Source: Octopus vulgaris | Lineage: Eukaryota | DNA length: 64,000 nucleotides | Assembly (NCBI GenBank): GCA_951406725.2 | Contig: OX597819.1 | Span: 119,288,001-119,352,000 of the forward strand | Direction of reading: 5' to 3' | Part shown: positions 1 through 13,830 of the stretch, one piece after another | Layout of the letters: each line of letters starts with the position of its first letter | Position numbering within the stretch: the stretch's first letter is position 1 | Program-made: the position numbers and the translations under genes | The notes under the pieces: generated by a model | Told to the model about the DNA's origin: nothing | The model's database searches: none | What the model saw: only the letters and a program-made list of their open reading frames with translations

Positions 1-124
1 GTTTCCGTCTACAAAATCCACTCACAAGGCATTGGTCGGCCCGGGGCTTTAGCAGAAGACACTGAACCCGGAACCATGTGGTTGGTTAGCAAGCTACTTA
101 CCACACAGCCACTCCTGCGCCTAT
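1..124 (-). mobile_element. SINE family A (tRNA-derived head, CORE-like segment), head fragment
   Basis: Reverse complement reads TAGGCGCAGGAGTGGCTGTGTGGTAAGTAGC...GGTTCAGT (A- and B-box-like). The same sequence occurs about 12 times in the window. Confidence 0.85.
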
Positions 125-1051
125 GAGGTTTCTTATATCAAATATTGCATTGTAATTTATTTTACTCATCTCACATGCATTAGCTGTAGTGATAGCAATT
201 CATATACCATACAGATTGCATCACGAAATCTTTTAGTCAATATTATGAGTGAATACATATGGATTAGTGGCCAATTCTCACTTTAGAAATGATCATAAGA
301 ATGTTTTGTTTTTCCTTCAGTTTTAGACTAAGATTTTGAGCTTTCACTCGGAGGAAATGTTTATCGAAAATATGTTCACTTGGAGCGTAACGGATTCTTG
401 AAGTGGATATTTCCCATGTATATTATGAAGTGTCTCTGCAATAACCATGTGCTATTACAGATTCTAATCGATAACTGATTATTCCCATTCCTTCGTTTTA
501 CTTCATTTGCACTTATTCTCACCCGTTTATTCGATTTTGTATACGCTTGCAACTTGTCACAGAGTCTTTCGTTGAAGTAGATTGCTACAAGTTCACTTAG
601 CACGCTTAATTAGTGATAATGTTATAGCCGAAAGTCTTGGATTCTTTTTGTGCTGCTCAAATCGAATAACTGATTACGTTGCTTTCATAAGAACATTCGT
701 GTATGCAGATCCATTAAAGAAATGTCATAACCTTCGACAATTTATTTAAATACACAGACAAATATAAATGCATATCAATTTACACACACACATATATATG
801 CATGTCTACATATATTGATATATACATACATATTGTATATATGTTTGTATATACATATACATATGTATACATATATATATATTTATATACATATATATGT
901 ATATGCAGTTGTATATATGCATATATATATGTATATATTTACATATATATATATACTTATATATATTTATATACATATATATGTATATGCAGTTGTATAT
1001 ATCTATATATATATGTATATATTTACATATACATATATATATATATATATA

Positions 1052-2986
1052 CTAGCTGATGGTGACCCGCTCTACGCGCGGGTAAGAGTGTGGTTGTTAC
1101 TTTCTGTTGCTTCCTTTCAGCACGTAAAAAGTACCATCCGAACGTGGCGGATTGCAGCGCCGCCTTGACTGGCTTCTGTGCCAGTGACACGTAAAAAGCA
1201 CCAACCGATCGTGGCCATAGCCAGCCCCCTGGCACCTGTGCCGGCGGCACGAAAAATGCACCCACTACGCTCACAGAGTGGTTGGCGTTAGGAAGGGTAT
1301 CCACCTGTAGAAACACTGCCAGATCAGACTGGAGCCTGGTGCAGCCTCCTGGCTTCCCAGACCCTGGTCAAACTGTCCAACCCGTGCTAGCACGGAAAAC
1401 GGACGTTAAACGATGATGATGATGATGATGATTCTCCCTCTTTGTTTCTCTCTCCTTTCTCTCTCACTTTCCCCACTCTCTTACTCTTCCTTTCTCTCGG
1501 ACTCTCCCTCGCTTTCTCTTACTCTCTATCTTTATCTATCTCTCTCCCATTTATAAACAACAAAATATCTTGAGTAAGTTGAGAAATAAAATATTTAGAA
1601 AGATCAATCATAAATATCAGGCAGTAACAACGGAAAGGTCTGCTTCAAGGCAGACAGCAAAACGCTAACATTTAAAAGGGACAGACGAACTTGCGAGCTG
1701 AATAAAAATAATAAAATATTGGAAACCAAAGTTTGAAGGGATAGAATCTGAGGGTAGTAGAGTCAGCATGGCTGGCATTTCTTAACGACGGACAGCAACG
1801 TTTTGACAGTTTAACGGCTGGCGTAAAATTTTGAACTTGATGTAAAAGAAAATCCCTAAACACCAAGTTTTGAAGTGATTCTTTTTCACGACAGTAGACT
1901 CACCATGGCAAGCATTCAAAACGTCTTCATCATGGACGGCAACACATTGACGATTAAAAGGCTGGCGCAAATTTTTTAGCTTGATGTAACAGAGAATTCC
2001 TAAACACCCGCTCCTTTAAATTTTAATCCCCTTCCAGCCCCATTTATACCCCTTTTCACATTTTGGTTAATATAACGTGATTTCATTCGGGTGTACTGGG
2101 GCCACATTTTATAAGATGAGGAATTTTGTCCTAGAGGTCACGCCTTTCATTTGTTGGAAAAAAATAGTTGTCATGCAAACTTGCCAGCACTTTTAACATA
2201 GGTCTGCATCTATGTATGTGTGTGTGTGTGTGTGTGTATGTATGTGTATGTATGTGTGTATGTGTGTGTATGTATGTATGTGTGTGTGTATGTATGCATT
2301 TCCATTGAGTCAACCTCATTTCTACATAGCAGACCGTTACATAAACAGACAAAGGTACATACATACACACACACACACACATACACACACATACATACAC
2401 ACACACACATACATAGATACATACACACACACATACATGCATACATACATATACACATACATGCATACACACGCACGCACTACAAAAACCGAGTAAAAAA
2501 TTTCAGTTATCTCTCTCTTTCACACAGACAGATACATAAAAGAAGGCCGTTTGTATGAAATAGAGTAAGTATTATGTGTTGGTGGTGGTGGTGGTGATGG
2601 TGGCGATGATAATTATCATTAGGAAAAAGAGTGAGTGAGTGAGGAAGACATATACATAAATTGTGGTGATGATAATTCTCCCTATGAATACAAACAGATA
2701 CATCAAAGAAAGCCGCCTGACGACCTTATAAAGGCAAAGTGAAAGGGAGTTGAGGGGAATACATTAAATAACGGGAGTGGACATTGTCAACGTTATGAAT
2801 GAAGGGGAGTAAGAGAGGGAAAGAAGGAAATAGTGTGAGTGAAGAAGATGGCCCCTAGCAACCACACCTTTTAAGATAGGGATCATTCTACATGTCCCTG
2901 TAAATTTTGGAGCGAATCGGACGGGTCGTAGTGGCATTGAAAGCGATCCAAGCGATAAAAACGCATTTCAGTTTTATATAGAGAGA
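1052..2986 (-). mobile_element. Non-autonomous Helitron-like element (composite, with nested SINE)
   Basis: On the minus strand it starts A|TCTCTCTATATAAAACTGAA (2986) and ends with hairpin CCCGC-N7-GCGGG then CTAG|T (1052). Internal ~145-bp tandem duplication at ~1785-2010. That both ends belong to one element is inferred. Confidence 0.6.
1118..1431 (+). mobile_element. SINE 3' part with RTE-type tail
   Basis: Three GCACGTAAAAAGCACC-like sub-repeats, a GGTTGGCGTTAGGAAGGGTATCC block, and tail CCAACCCGTGCTAGCACGGAAAACGGACGTTAAAC(GAT)n resembling RTE LINE 3' ends. Confidence 0.65.
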
Positions 2987-2995
2987 TATATACAT

Positions 2996-3208
<213 letters not shown>

Positions 3209-3278
3209 GTGTGTGTCTGTGTGTGTGTATAATAATAATAACAATAATAGCAGGATGGAATTTATAAATATTCAATAC

Positions 3279-3328
3279 ATCGCTACGTACGTTTCCACAA
3301 ATCAGATGATTTTGACTTCAGAGTCGAT
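3279..3328 (-). ncRNA. Degenerate minimal hammerhead ribozyme motif
   Basis: Minus strand: ATCGACT CTGAAGT CAAAATC-ATCT-GATTTGTG GAAAC GTAC GTA GCGAT. Palindromic stem III, A9 mutated, imperfect stem I. Confidence 0.45.
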
Positions 3329-3519
3329 ATCCTTGGGATTAGTACAGTACAGTCCGTATTATCCGTGGACAACATCATTGATCCGTTTCATCAGGCGCTA
3401 CTTTATAATTGGATGAATCACAGAACGATGTTTATCCCTTCTTGTCAACATGAAGGCCAAGCTAGCAATTATATTTATCCCACATTTTATCGGGATAAAC
3501 ATGATGCAACACTGAACAT

Positions 3520-3816
3520 TTTGTTGTTTGTTCCTTCTCGAGCCACGCTTGGCTCATAAGGGCCGATCACCCGGTTTCCTTGGCGTAAAGCTTCCCCCAC
3601 CTGGACAGAACTCCGGTCCGTCGCAGGTGAGCTGCAAGATGCAGGAGGAAAGAGTGAGAGAAAGTTGTGGCTAAAGAGTCTGTAGAGGTTCTGCCGGAGC
3701 CGTGTAGAGCTTACGTATTTCGCTCATAAACATACACATCGCCCGGTCTGAGATTCGAACTCGCGATCCTTCGATCGCGAGTCCGCTGCTCTAACTACTA
3801 GGCCTTGTACCTCCAC
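3520..3816 (-). mobile_element. SINE family B (tRNA-derived head)
   Basis: Minus 5' end TGGAGGTACAAGGCCTAGTAGTTAGAGC...GAGTTCGAATCTC (A/B boxes). Related copies at 10588, 18210, 60255 and 60500. Confidence 0.8.
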
Positions 3817-4776
3817 AACACTGAAGATCTCACTCACAAGTTAGTATCATTAAACAGTTGCCAACATAATTAAATACGAGCTGTATTTGCATAGCCCTAA
3901 CGTAACCTAAACGAATTAAAAAGATAAATCTGTATGTATGTGGGTGGGTGTATTAAAGGAAAAAGAGAAATACAATTGACATATTAAAAGTGTATTAACA
4001 TTACAATATGATATAATTATACTATCAAAAGATATAATATATTACAATATAACATAACGTAACATAACATGTTATTCAAACAAATATATATATAATTTGT
4101 TTCGACTCATATCCAGTGTTATAACCAAGATCTATGCATTCCGTTTGTGCTGCTCAAATCAAATAATCGATTACGTTGCTTTCATAAGAGCATCCGCGTA
4201 CACAGATCCATGAAAGAAATGTCACCACCTTCAGCAATTTATCTAAATACACAGACACACACAGACGCATATGAAGCATATGGATATAAGTCGAAACAAA
4301 TAGTAGGATATATACTTATTTTAATCTTTTGTCATATTATGTTATATTATATTATATTGTTAATGAATATTTAATATGTCAACTGTATATCTCTATTTTC
4401 TTTAATATTTATATATTGATGTTTTACCATTTTAAGTTCGGATTTTGTTCTCTTCTTTATTGTGGTATTTAACTGAAGTACTAGTGAAGCATGGATGGTT
4501 TCCATCCGTATGAAGGAATTTTTTTCTTTCCTTGGATTGATTTATAATATATATATATAGCTTATGAGAGGTAATGGTGTCAGTAAGACCCAAATATGTC
4601 ATGTAATGCTGAGTAAGTGCCATAGTTGAGCCCCAGGTACGTGATTATGCGAATAAGGAATCCAACTTAGGTCATATATCAGCTTGTGTATAAATAGATT
4701 TTTCTTTTTAGAATAAATTAAAAGCCAAGGCTGTGAAGATTTTAGAACATTTATAAATAGAAGGTCTTACAGCTAA

Positions 4777-5433
4777 ATTAAAGAGGATAACAAACGTTAA
4801 GGCAAGGTAAATATCTCAAGTCATATGCATTATTACTATTATTAGAAAGAAGATTCGAAGTCTCACAACTGTTTCTGGGATATCCCAGAGTATGGGGTAT
4901 TCCGTCATCAGAAACAAATGGAGAGAATAAGAAGAGTATAGATTAATCAAATAACGACTTAGAGTACGGGAGTAAATGAATTAAGTTGTAGAAAAAGAGG
5001 AAGAAGAAGCGTAAAGTTTCACAGTTCAACTTTCCGATCTTGTAGAAATAAATCCATAAATCATTGGGTGCAATCCTGCGTAAATCCATATGAGTTAAAG
5101 TCCTAATCGTGTAAACCTACTTGGATTAACGCAGGATTGTACCTAAGGACTTATGGAGTTATTTCTAGAAATCGGAAATTTAACTGTGAAATTTTCTGCT
5201 TCTTTTTTCTTCTCTTTCCTCATCTCCTTATTCCTTTAGCGCTGTCCTCTATGTCATCATTTCATTAATCTATACTCTTCTCATTTTCCCTATTTCTTTC
5301 CGATGACGGAATATCCCATACTCTGGGATACCCAGAAATAACTGTAAGATTTCGAATGGTTTTTTCCAATAATAATAATTATAATTTATATGACTTGAGA
5401 TGTTTGCCCTGCCTTAAAGTTGTCCTCTTTAAT
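4777..5433. repeat. ~660-bp imperfect palindrome of PLE-type terminal repeats, one HHR motif per arm
   Basis: Left and right halves are reverse complements about a centre near 5105. HHR motifs at 4861-4914(-) CTGATGA..GAAAC AGTT GTG and 5297-5349(+) CCGATGA..GAAAT AACT GTA. Confidence 0.8.
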
Positions 5434-5536
5434 AATTATACACCCACTATATCGGAAATCTGCAATGTCTCCATGACTACCGTCTCTACTATAACCTTGG
5501 TTGAGATCACCTGTGAACTAAACCTCCAATTATATA

Positions 5537-5862
<326 letters not shown>

Positions 5863-6291
5863 GGTATGTTAGTTCTCTACTCAACTTATTTTCAAAGTTG
5901 CAAACAATTTTTTTTTTCTAATCACAGTGAGACTAAAACTTTAGCAACCTCTGATTGACAAACTAGACACGTTTTATCTTCTTGTCAAAAACACTTTTCC
6001 TTGATTTGGATAAATTTGTGTAAACTAATTCTTAACCTCTTCTCATAGTAAAAAAAACGTTATTACCTGATGTGAATGTTTTTATGTAGGCTGCTATTTG
6101 TCTCATCACAGAGGATACACGAAGCCTAAAAACTTTTGCCAATCATTGTCAAAGCTTCTATCACTTGATTTGAATATATTTATGCGAACTAATTTTCGAC
6201 ACCACAGAGGATACGGAATACACATATATTTAAATACACATACACATACATATATATATACACACACACACACATACACACACACACACAC

Positions 6292-6385
<94 letters not shown>

Positions 6386-6395
6386 ATAGTATATA

Positions 6396-7639
6396 GAGGG
6401 GTTGGGCAAAATAATGGAAACACGTAGCATCATAGCAGAATTTTGAAATATCTATAAAACCGTCAAAAACTTGTTTGTTTTTATGTTATTTGATTTATTA
6501 TTATTGATGCTTAATATATTTTGCTAAAATTGCTGTTTCTTTTTAGATAACGTCAGAAAAAGGTAATAAAAATTCATTAAAATGACAGATCTATCGGACT
6601 TTCAAAGAGGTCAATTTGTTGGTGCTTTTATGGTAGGGGCTAGCGTAATGAAATCAGCTGAAATGTTTGGTGTATCAACAAGTACTATCTCGAAAGTAAT
6701 GACAGCCTTTGAAAAAGAAGGAAAAACTTCCTCGTCGAAATAAGACTCCGGAAGAAAACCAAAACCGTCGGCCTCTTGCGCAAATTGTTAGAAAGGATCA
6801 CAAAAAACTTCTAAAATTACTGTAGAGTGTAATGACCATTTCGAGATCCCAGTTTCCACAAAAAACTGTTCGAGGGGAGCTGCATAAAACCGGAATTCAA
6901 AGAAGAGCAATCAGAAATCCACTACTTTGAAGAAGAAGCGTTGCAAATTGTTTAGAGTGGAGTAGAACCGTACAGAATTGTTCCATAGAATAGAGGAAGA
7001 ATATCATTTTCTCGGACGAGTCATCTTTTACCTTATTTCCGAGCACCAGCCGAGTATACGTGTGGAGACAGCCAAAGGAAGCATTTGATTCAGACTACCA
7101 TCTTCCAACTATTAAACATGGAGGAGGATCTGCAATGACCTGGTGGTCTATATCATGGAAATCCGTTGACCCAGTGGTTTCCTTTCATAGCAGAATTAAT
7201 AGTCAAGAATTTGGAAGCATTGTATCTTATCAAATTCATCCTATGGCTGCGGAACTTTTTCCAGAGGGAAACACAATCTTTCAGGATGATAATGCATCAA
7301 TTCACAACGATAAAGTTGTTACTGAATGGCACGAGGAACATTCTAGTGAGGTTGAACATCTTATCTGCCCACCACATTCCCCAGATTTCTATATTATTGA
7401 AGGTGCATTTTAGAAAAACAAGCAAGGATTCGCTATCCCCCACCGCCATCACTACAAGAAATGCAGACTGTTTTATCTGAAGAATGAACAAAGATTCCTT
7501 CGGCAAAAATTGAAACTTTTGTACGTGTCCATACCTCGTAAAATTCAAGTTGTAATTACTGCTAAAGTCACTCCTACCGCAGATTACAATAATTTTGCTT
7601 GAAATTGTAAGGTGTTTCCATTATTCTGTCCAACCCGTG
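6396..7639 (+). mobile_element. Tc1/mariner DNA transposon, decayed
   Basis: 28-bp TIRs GAGGGGTTGGGCAAAATAATGGAAACAC (6396-6423) and GTGTTTCCATTATTCTGTCCAACCCGTG (7612-7639), each flanked by TA. Confidence 0.92.
6582..7580 (+). pseudogene. Tc1-family transposase pseudogene
   Basis: MTDLSDFQRGQFVGA...SGRKPK (HTH region), IIFSDESSF, KHGGGS, FQDDNASIH, PPHSPDFYIIE. Interrupted by stops and frameshifts. Confidence 0.9.
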
Positions 7640-7661
7640 TATATACATGTATACATACATT

Positions 7662-7738
<77 letters not shown>

Positions 7739-8367
7739 TACGTACACATATTTAATAGTGATAGTGTAAATATTGATATTGAAGGTTAATATCTACCACT
7801 CACCTGAAGTGCACTTCAAATAGATTGGTGGTACATAAATGCACCGCTTCTCTATATCATTTACGTGCGATAACGTTTACGTGCAACTGTGAACCAACGT
7901 GGCTATGCTATCCGATTGGCTTGTCAATGAAAGATGCCCCTACGAAACATATCACTCGCCCCCCCCCCCCGTCAAATATGTACAAACTATCAATGTATAT
8001 ATATATATATATATATACTGGAATAATTTCTCTCCCAAATATGGTGCAATAATTTCACTCTATGAGAGACAAACTCATTCCCAAAAGCTTTAACCATTCG
8101 AAATTGTAATGCTACTGAGGAAAAAGCAGTCTGCTGGTATGGAGTCAAGGGGGGAAATCTTGACTCATGTCAGAAGTAAATTATGATTGAAGCTGTCAGG
8201 AAAATGTGACATATTTCAACTGATAGTAAATAAGCGGCGTTAATTTTTGATTAATGAATTTATCTCTCCCATCAATCTGTAGTTCACTCCAAAGGTTTGT
8301 AAACGATTGTTCAAACGTGTCTGCAAGCGAGATTTTCAAGAAAACAAAACATTTATATTGTAAAGTT

Positions 8368-8750
8368 GTAAGTAGCTTGCTAACCAACCACATGGTTCCG
8401 GGTTCAGTCCCACTGCGTGGCACCTTGGGCAAGTGTCTTCTGCTATAGCCCCGGGCCGACCAATGCCTTGTGAGTGGATTTGGTAGACGGAAACTGAAAG
8501 AAGCCTGTCGTATATATGTATATATAGGTGTGTGTGTGTTTGTGTGTCTGTGTTTGTCCCCCCTAGCATTGCTTGACAACCGATGCTAGTGTGTTTACGT
8601 CCCCGTCACTTAGCGATTCGGCAAAAGAGACCGATAGAATAATTACTAGGCTTACAAAGAATAAGTCCCGGGGTCGATTTGATCGACTAAAGGCGGTGCT
8701 CCAGCATGGCCGCAGTCAAAATGACTGAAACAAGTAAAAGAATAAAACAG
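8368..8750 (+). mobile_element. SINE family A, 5'-truncated at GTAAGTAGC
   Basis: CORE-like GGCACCTTGGGCAAGTGTCTTCT, internal (TG)n, tail GGCGGTGCTCCAGCATGGCCGCAGTCAAAATGACTGAAAC. Confidence 0.9.
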
Positions 8751-8899
8751 TAACTTAAAATACTCCTCCTTTCAAATACCTTCCATTCACCTTCTGGTGA
8801 AATTACTTCGGTTAATTCGTTGCCTGATATAAATTTATGCATATATATATTCGTAAAAAGTTTTAATATACTCGACAGTATTCGACGTGAGAAAATATT

Positions 8900-9260
8900 T
8901 ATTTGATTATATAAGCCTCGTAGGAAAGGTTTCGGCTAGACGTGTACGAAACTCCATTTTTTGTGTGTCGCAAACAACGTCAATGGATTCAATGGATCGC
9001 AGGAGGCTTACGTTTCTGCGTCGAATGTAAAGTTTTAACAGGTTCAAGTGTATTCTTATATAAGATCATTCGTTAGGTATGTAATAATTGTAAGAAATTC
9101 TTCAGCTGAACATGCGTGAAGCCACATTTTTAGAGAGTGTGAATGACGTCATTTGATCGTAGAAGGTTTGCTCTTCAGCATCGACAAGTAAATCTATTAT
9201 TTACTAATTGAATCAGAAAGAAAATATCTTCATCAAAACACCATACAGGATGATTGGTGA
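8900..9260 (+). pseudogene. Possible very old mariner transposase remnant
   Basis: ~8925-8955 translates GKVSARRVRN, resembling the mariner KVSARWVP motif. No TIRs found. Confidence 0.25.
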
Positions 9261-9474
9261 TGTGCGTAAAACATGGTGAATTTTCACACTTGCCTGAGCG
9301 ACAAATATTCTTGTGTGATTATCTCTGCTGTGAAAGGACTTCTTACGTCAGAATACGAATGGAGAGTTAAATAACTATAACTTTATGCGAATAATACTAA
9401 ATTCAGTACTGCTTCGTGTGACATTACATATATACATTTATGTAATTATATAGGTGTGTTTGAATGTATATAAC

Positions 9475-9542
<68 letters not shown>

Positions 9543-9565
9543 GTGTGTGTGTGTGTGTGTGTGTG

Positions 9566-10462
9566 TATTGGCAGGGCTTACTGCTAGGAAATCGGCCGTA
9601 TGCTAGAAACAGATCATCAACGATCAAACTGTTAAAGGCCGAAACCGATGTATGCTTTTAATTTTGTTTTTTTATATAAATTTTCATCTGGCCTGCCCGC
9701 CAAATTTGGTTCTGGTGTTCGCTGATTTTTCCTCTAGAGAATTTCCTTGTAGTTTGATCGTTGATGATCTGTTTCTAGCATACGGCCGACTTCCTAGCAG
9801 TAAGCCCTGCCAATATACACATATATTAGAATTTTCTCTGACTCTGACTTCTCAGATTTTTTGTATGCTGGACTACTGGTTTTAAATAATTGATATTAAA
9901 ATTAATATTAATTTATCTCCCTCATTATTTAAATATTGAAATAAATACGTTCTCTAGTAGTAAGCACCAACCGCAGTGAATTATTTATTGCAGCCCTTCG
10001 CCTCAGGAATTTCTTAGCGCGCCAGAACCAAGACGTTTGAAATTTTATCCCTACTGTAATCGGTAAAACTAAGCACGTGTCTATCCTGGCACGGAAAGCT
10101 GGGGTTATTTTTTCAGTTTACATTACAATGAACGAATGCACTGAAGAAGCTCTGACATTTGAATTACGTAAGTAATTCTTTTGTTAAAGGCCGAAACCGA
10201 GGTATACTTTTAATTCTGTTTTTTATATAAATTTTCATCTGTCCTGCCCGCCAAATTTGGTTCTGGTGTTCGCTGAATTTTTTCCTCTAGAGAATTTCCT
10301 TGTAGTTTGATCGTTGATGATCTGTGTCTAGCATACGGCCGACTTCCTAGAAGTAAGCCCTGCCAATATATACATATATTAGAATCTTCTCTGACTTCTC
10401 AGATTGGACTACTGGTTTTAAATTGATATTAAAATTAATATTAATTTATCTCCCTCATTATT

Positions 10463-10467
<5 letters not shown>
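9566..10467 (+). mobile_element. PLE-type non-autonomous element: partial inverted repeat plus tandem direct terminal repeats
   Basis: 65-bp inverted pair 9566-9630/9751-9815; ~300-bp direct repeat 9630-9935 vs 10182-10467; HHR at 10138-10207; flanked by TG/TA microsatellites. Confidence 0.85.
10138..10207 (+). ncRNA. Type I hammerhead ribozyme with extended stem II
   Basis: GCA CTGAAGA AGCTCTGACA-TTT-GAATTAC-GTAA-GTAATTC-TTT-TGTTAAAGGCC GAAAC CGAG GTA TAC. The other repeat copy reads GTA TGC, which pairs with GCA. Confidence 0.7.
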
Positions 10468-10552
<85 letters not shown>

Positions 10553-10587
10553 TATATATATATATATATATTATTTATGTGAGCTTT

Positions 10588-10852
10588 TTCAAGCCTAGCC
10601 ATGCTCATGGGCCCGGTTTCCCGGTTTCTATGGAATATGTGTACCCTCCAACTGCACGGAACGCCAGTCCATCGCAGTGTTACTCAAGAAACAGGAAGAA
10701 AGAGTGAGAAAAAGTCGGGGCGAAAGAGTACAACAGGGATCACCACCACCCTCTGCCGGAACATCGTGGAGCTTTAAGTGTTTTCTGGAAATCGCAACCG
10801 CGATCCTCCGACCGCGAGTTCGCTGCCCTAACCATTGGGCTATTGTGCCTCC

Positions 10853-10853
<1 letters not shown>
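10588..10853 (-). mobile_element. SINE family B
   Basis: Reverse complement of the family B copy at 60500-60812. Confidence 0.8.
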
Positions 10854-10894
<41 letters not shown>

Positions 10895-11252
10895 GCATTC
10901 AGGTGTTAACTCGGTTTAGGGATAATATTTAGGTATCTTGGCTGACTCTTTCATCCTTGGGAAGGTCTGAAACAAAGGCTGTATTTATAACGTCCTAGCC
11001 GGGGTCACTCTGAGACGTAAGTGTTTCACCAGACACAACGGTTCCCCAAAGTCAACATGTGATTAAACGTCAAATGACAACCACTTTGAGGCTGGACTAA
11101 CTCTGCGCTGGCGTGTTGGCTGAAAGTGATCTGTGACCAGGTTTAGAGCAGCTAGATAAACGAGCTGGGTGCAAGAGTCCGATTCTTCGTTCCAACCACA
11201 TACCGCAATTAAGAATATTCTTCACCTGGGCCCTTTGTATTTTATTTATGGT

Positions 11253-11419
11253 GCAGGCATAGCAGTGTGGTAAGAAGCTTGCTTCTCAACAACATGGTTC
11301 CGGGTTCATTCCTACTGCATGGCACCTCGGGCAAGTGTCTTCTACTACAACATCGGATCAAGCGGTACCTCTGTAGTGGATTTACTAGAATACTAGAAAG
11401 AAACTGAATGAAGCCCGTC

Positions 11420-11420
<1 letters not shown>
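11253..11420 (+). mobile_element. SINE family A, head half
   Basis: GCAGGCATAGCAGTGTGGTAAGAAGC...GGCACCTCGGGCAAGTG..., then (TA)n. Confidence 0.8.
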
Positions 11421-11499
<79 letters not shown>

Positions 11500-11603
11500 A
11501 TATATGTTCACATACATACGCACAAACAAACAAGTACACATACATACATGAATGCATAGGTGCATACATGCATACGTACATACATGAACACATATATACA
11601 TAC

Positions 11604-11671
<68 letters not shown>

Positions 11672-12375
11672 TTACACACATGCTTGTGCAAAAATACTCC
11701 GTTGGGATCATACACTAGAAACCACTCGTCGGAAATAATTTTATCCATGATAGAAAGAGTGCTAGCAATATAACTTATGTCGCGATTGTTATCGTTATGA
11801 ACAATGCTGAAATTCTAAATTATTAACATTTACGATTACGCGGTACCACTCAAGGACAGTAATAAGATTAAGAGCATACCTGTCACTAGTGAAATGAAAT
11901 ATTTTGATAATTTAAAATATATATGATTGTGCATTCGCAAAAGAAATTATTTAAAATTTTATTGAATATAGTGCAACAATGAGTGACAAAACTTGCACAG
12001 ATTTCACATGGATGGTTTTATTAAAAATCTATTGACCAGTGAGAATAGAAATCTATTACATTATTTCTTTCTTCTGTCATTTCAGACTGTATCAGTGTCC
12101 GTAAAGTATTTTCATCTACATCTTTCAGACGAATATATTAAAGGTGTTTTTTTAAACTTTTTCTTAATCGGTGCTAGCAAAAAAATTATCTATTTCTTAA
12201 TCTCTGTTTCTTTATATCTCCGTCCAATTTTTTTCTTATTCTCTCTCACTTTCTTGGACTGTCTATGTTGAGTAGTTGACTACACCATCCATCACTAGCT
12301 TACGGTTAGCAATAGTTTTACAATATTAAATTACTTGCCGAGATAAATGATTTTACCTAATGTGACACAATTTAT

Positions 12376-12471
12376 TTTTGGAACAAAAGTGTATTTTGAA
12401 ACAAAAGTGTATTATGGAACAAAAGTGTATTTTGGAACAAAAGTACATTTGGGAACAAAAGTACATTTGGG
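12376..12471. repeat. 18-bp minisatellite, about 5 copies
   Basis: TTTTGGAACAAAAGTGTA units abutting directly, no spacers. Confidence 0.9.
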
Positions 12472-12904
12472 AGATAACATATGGAACATTTAGGTCAGTT
12501 ATACTAAAGTAAATGCGTGGGCATACATGCTTCTTCCATTAAGTCACATTTCGATTGGCTAAATCAATTAAATCGAAGAACTATTCCTCTCTTATGTTAT
12601 TGTGTCGATTTCAAAATAATGTGGTAGAAATTTGATCGAGGCGAATTTAATCAAGACGGAAATAAGAAAACCTAAGTAAAACATACAAATTATTCTCTTT
12701 CTCACATGATAGGTTTTTGTGAGGCTGTTCGAAATTACATCACCGCATGTGATGCGCATCCATTTGTCTCTTAAATTTTTGAAATGCATTCAAAATTCTT
12801 GATCCGCATTTCTTTATTTGATGAAAATAGTATATCGACGGATATTTTCCAAAATATTGCTTTCTTGCAATTATACAAGGGTGTATGTAATATATTATTT
12901 TTCT

Positions 12905-13040
12905 ATTTCCGCCCAGATCGACTTTGCCTTTCATCCTTTCGGGGCCGATAAAGTATGTGTCAGTTGCGGTCTGGGGTTAATCTAATCGACTGGCCCCCTC
13001 CCCGAAAATTTCGAGCCTTGTGCCTAAAGTAGAAAAGAAT
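12905..13040 (+). mobile_element. SINE family C (Nin/Deu-domain-like), truncated
   Basis: GCCTTTCATCCTTTCGGGGCCGATAAA block; related copy at 24030-24247(-). Confidence 0.65.
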
Positions 13041-13409
13041 ATATTAATTTTCGTTTTAAACTGGATATTTTTATTTTTATTTCGTTTCTTGAGATGATAA
13101 ACGTTTATAATTGAAGTAGTGAACTTGTAGTCTGAGAAGTGCAATATCTATCTAATTGAGATTCGTTATTTGTAATATTTATCTTGACGCTAAGTAGTTT
13201 CAATATAGTAAAAATCCGAGACATATTCGATTAATAGAATTTATCAAATACAATATAATTTTTGAAACGGTATTTGAAATCATATAACGACAGTGTGCTG
13301 AATTGTTATTGGCATGTAAGGGAAACCACAAATCCAGAGAAAAAATTAGAGCATACCAGTATTGAGCAATGTATTATCTGTCGTTTATTTTTATCTATCT
13401 GTATATATA

Positions 13410-13830
13410 GTAGGCTTAGGAGCGGCTGTGTGATAAGTAGTTTGCTTAACAACCACATGGTTCCAGGTTCAGTCCCACTGCATGGCACCTTGGGCAAGTG
13501 TCTTGTACTATAGCCTCGGGTCGACCAAAACCTTGTGAAAGGACTTGGTAGACGGAAACTGAAAGAAGCATGTCGTATATATGTATATGTGTATGTGTGT
13601 ATATGTTTGTGTGTCTGTGTTTGCCCCCCCCCCCACCAACATCGCTTGACAACTGATGCTGGTGTGTTTATGTCCACGTAATCTAGCGGTTCACCAAAAG
13701 AGACCGATGGAATAAGTACTACAAGGCTTACAAAGAATAAGTCCTGGGGTCGATTTGCTCGACTAAAAACGGTGCTCCAGCATGGCCATATTCAAATGAC
13801 TGAAACAAGTAAATAAGTAAAAGAGTAAGG
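13410..13830 (+). mobile_element. SINE family A, full length
   Basis: Head, CORE-like block, internal microsatellite and tail all present. Confidence 0.9.

Noticed and set aside
8196-8579. Recurrent ORF ...[30 protein letters not shown] as a multigene family
   Set aside because: Antisense translation of SINE family A; frames are not conserved between copies.
12376-12471. CRISPR-like array
   Set aside because: Units abut with no unique spacers, no cas genes, eukaryotic context.
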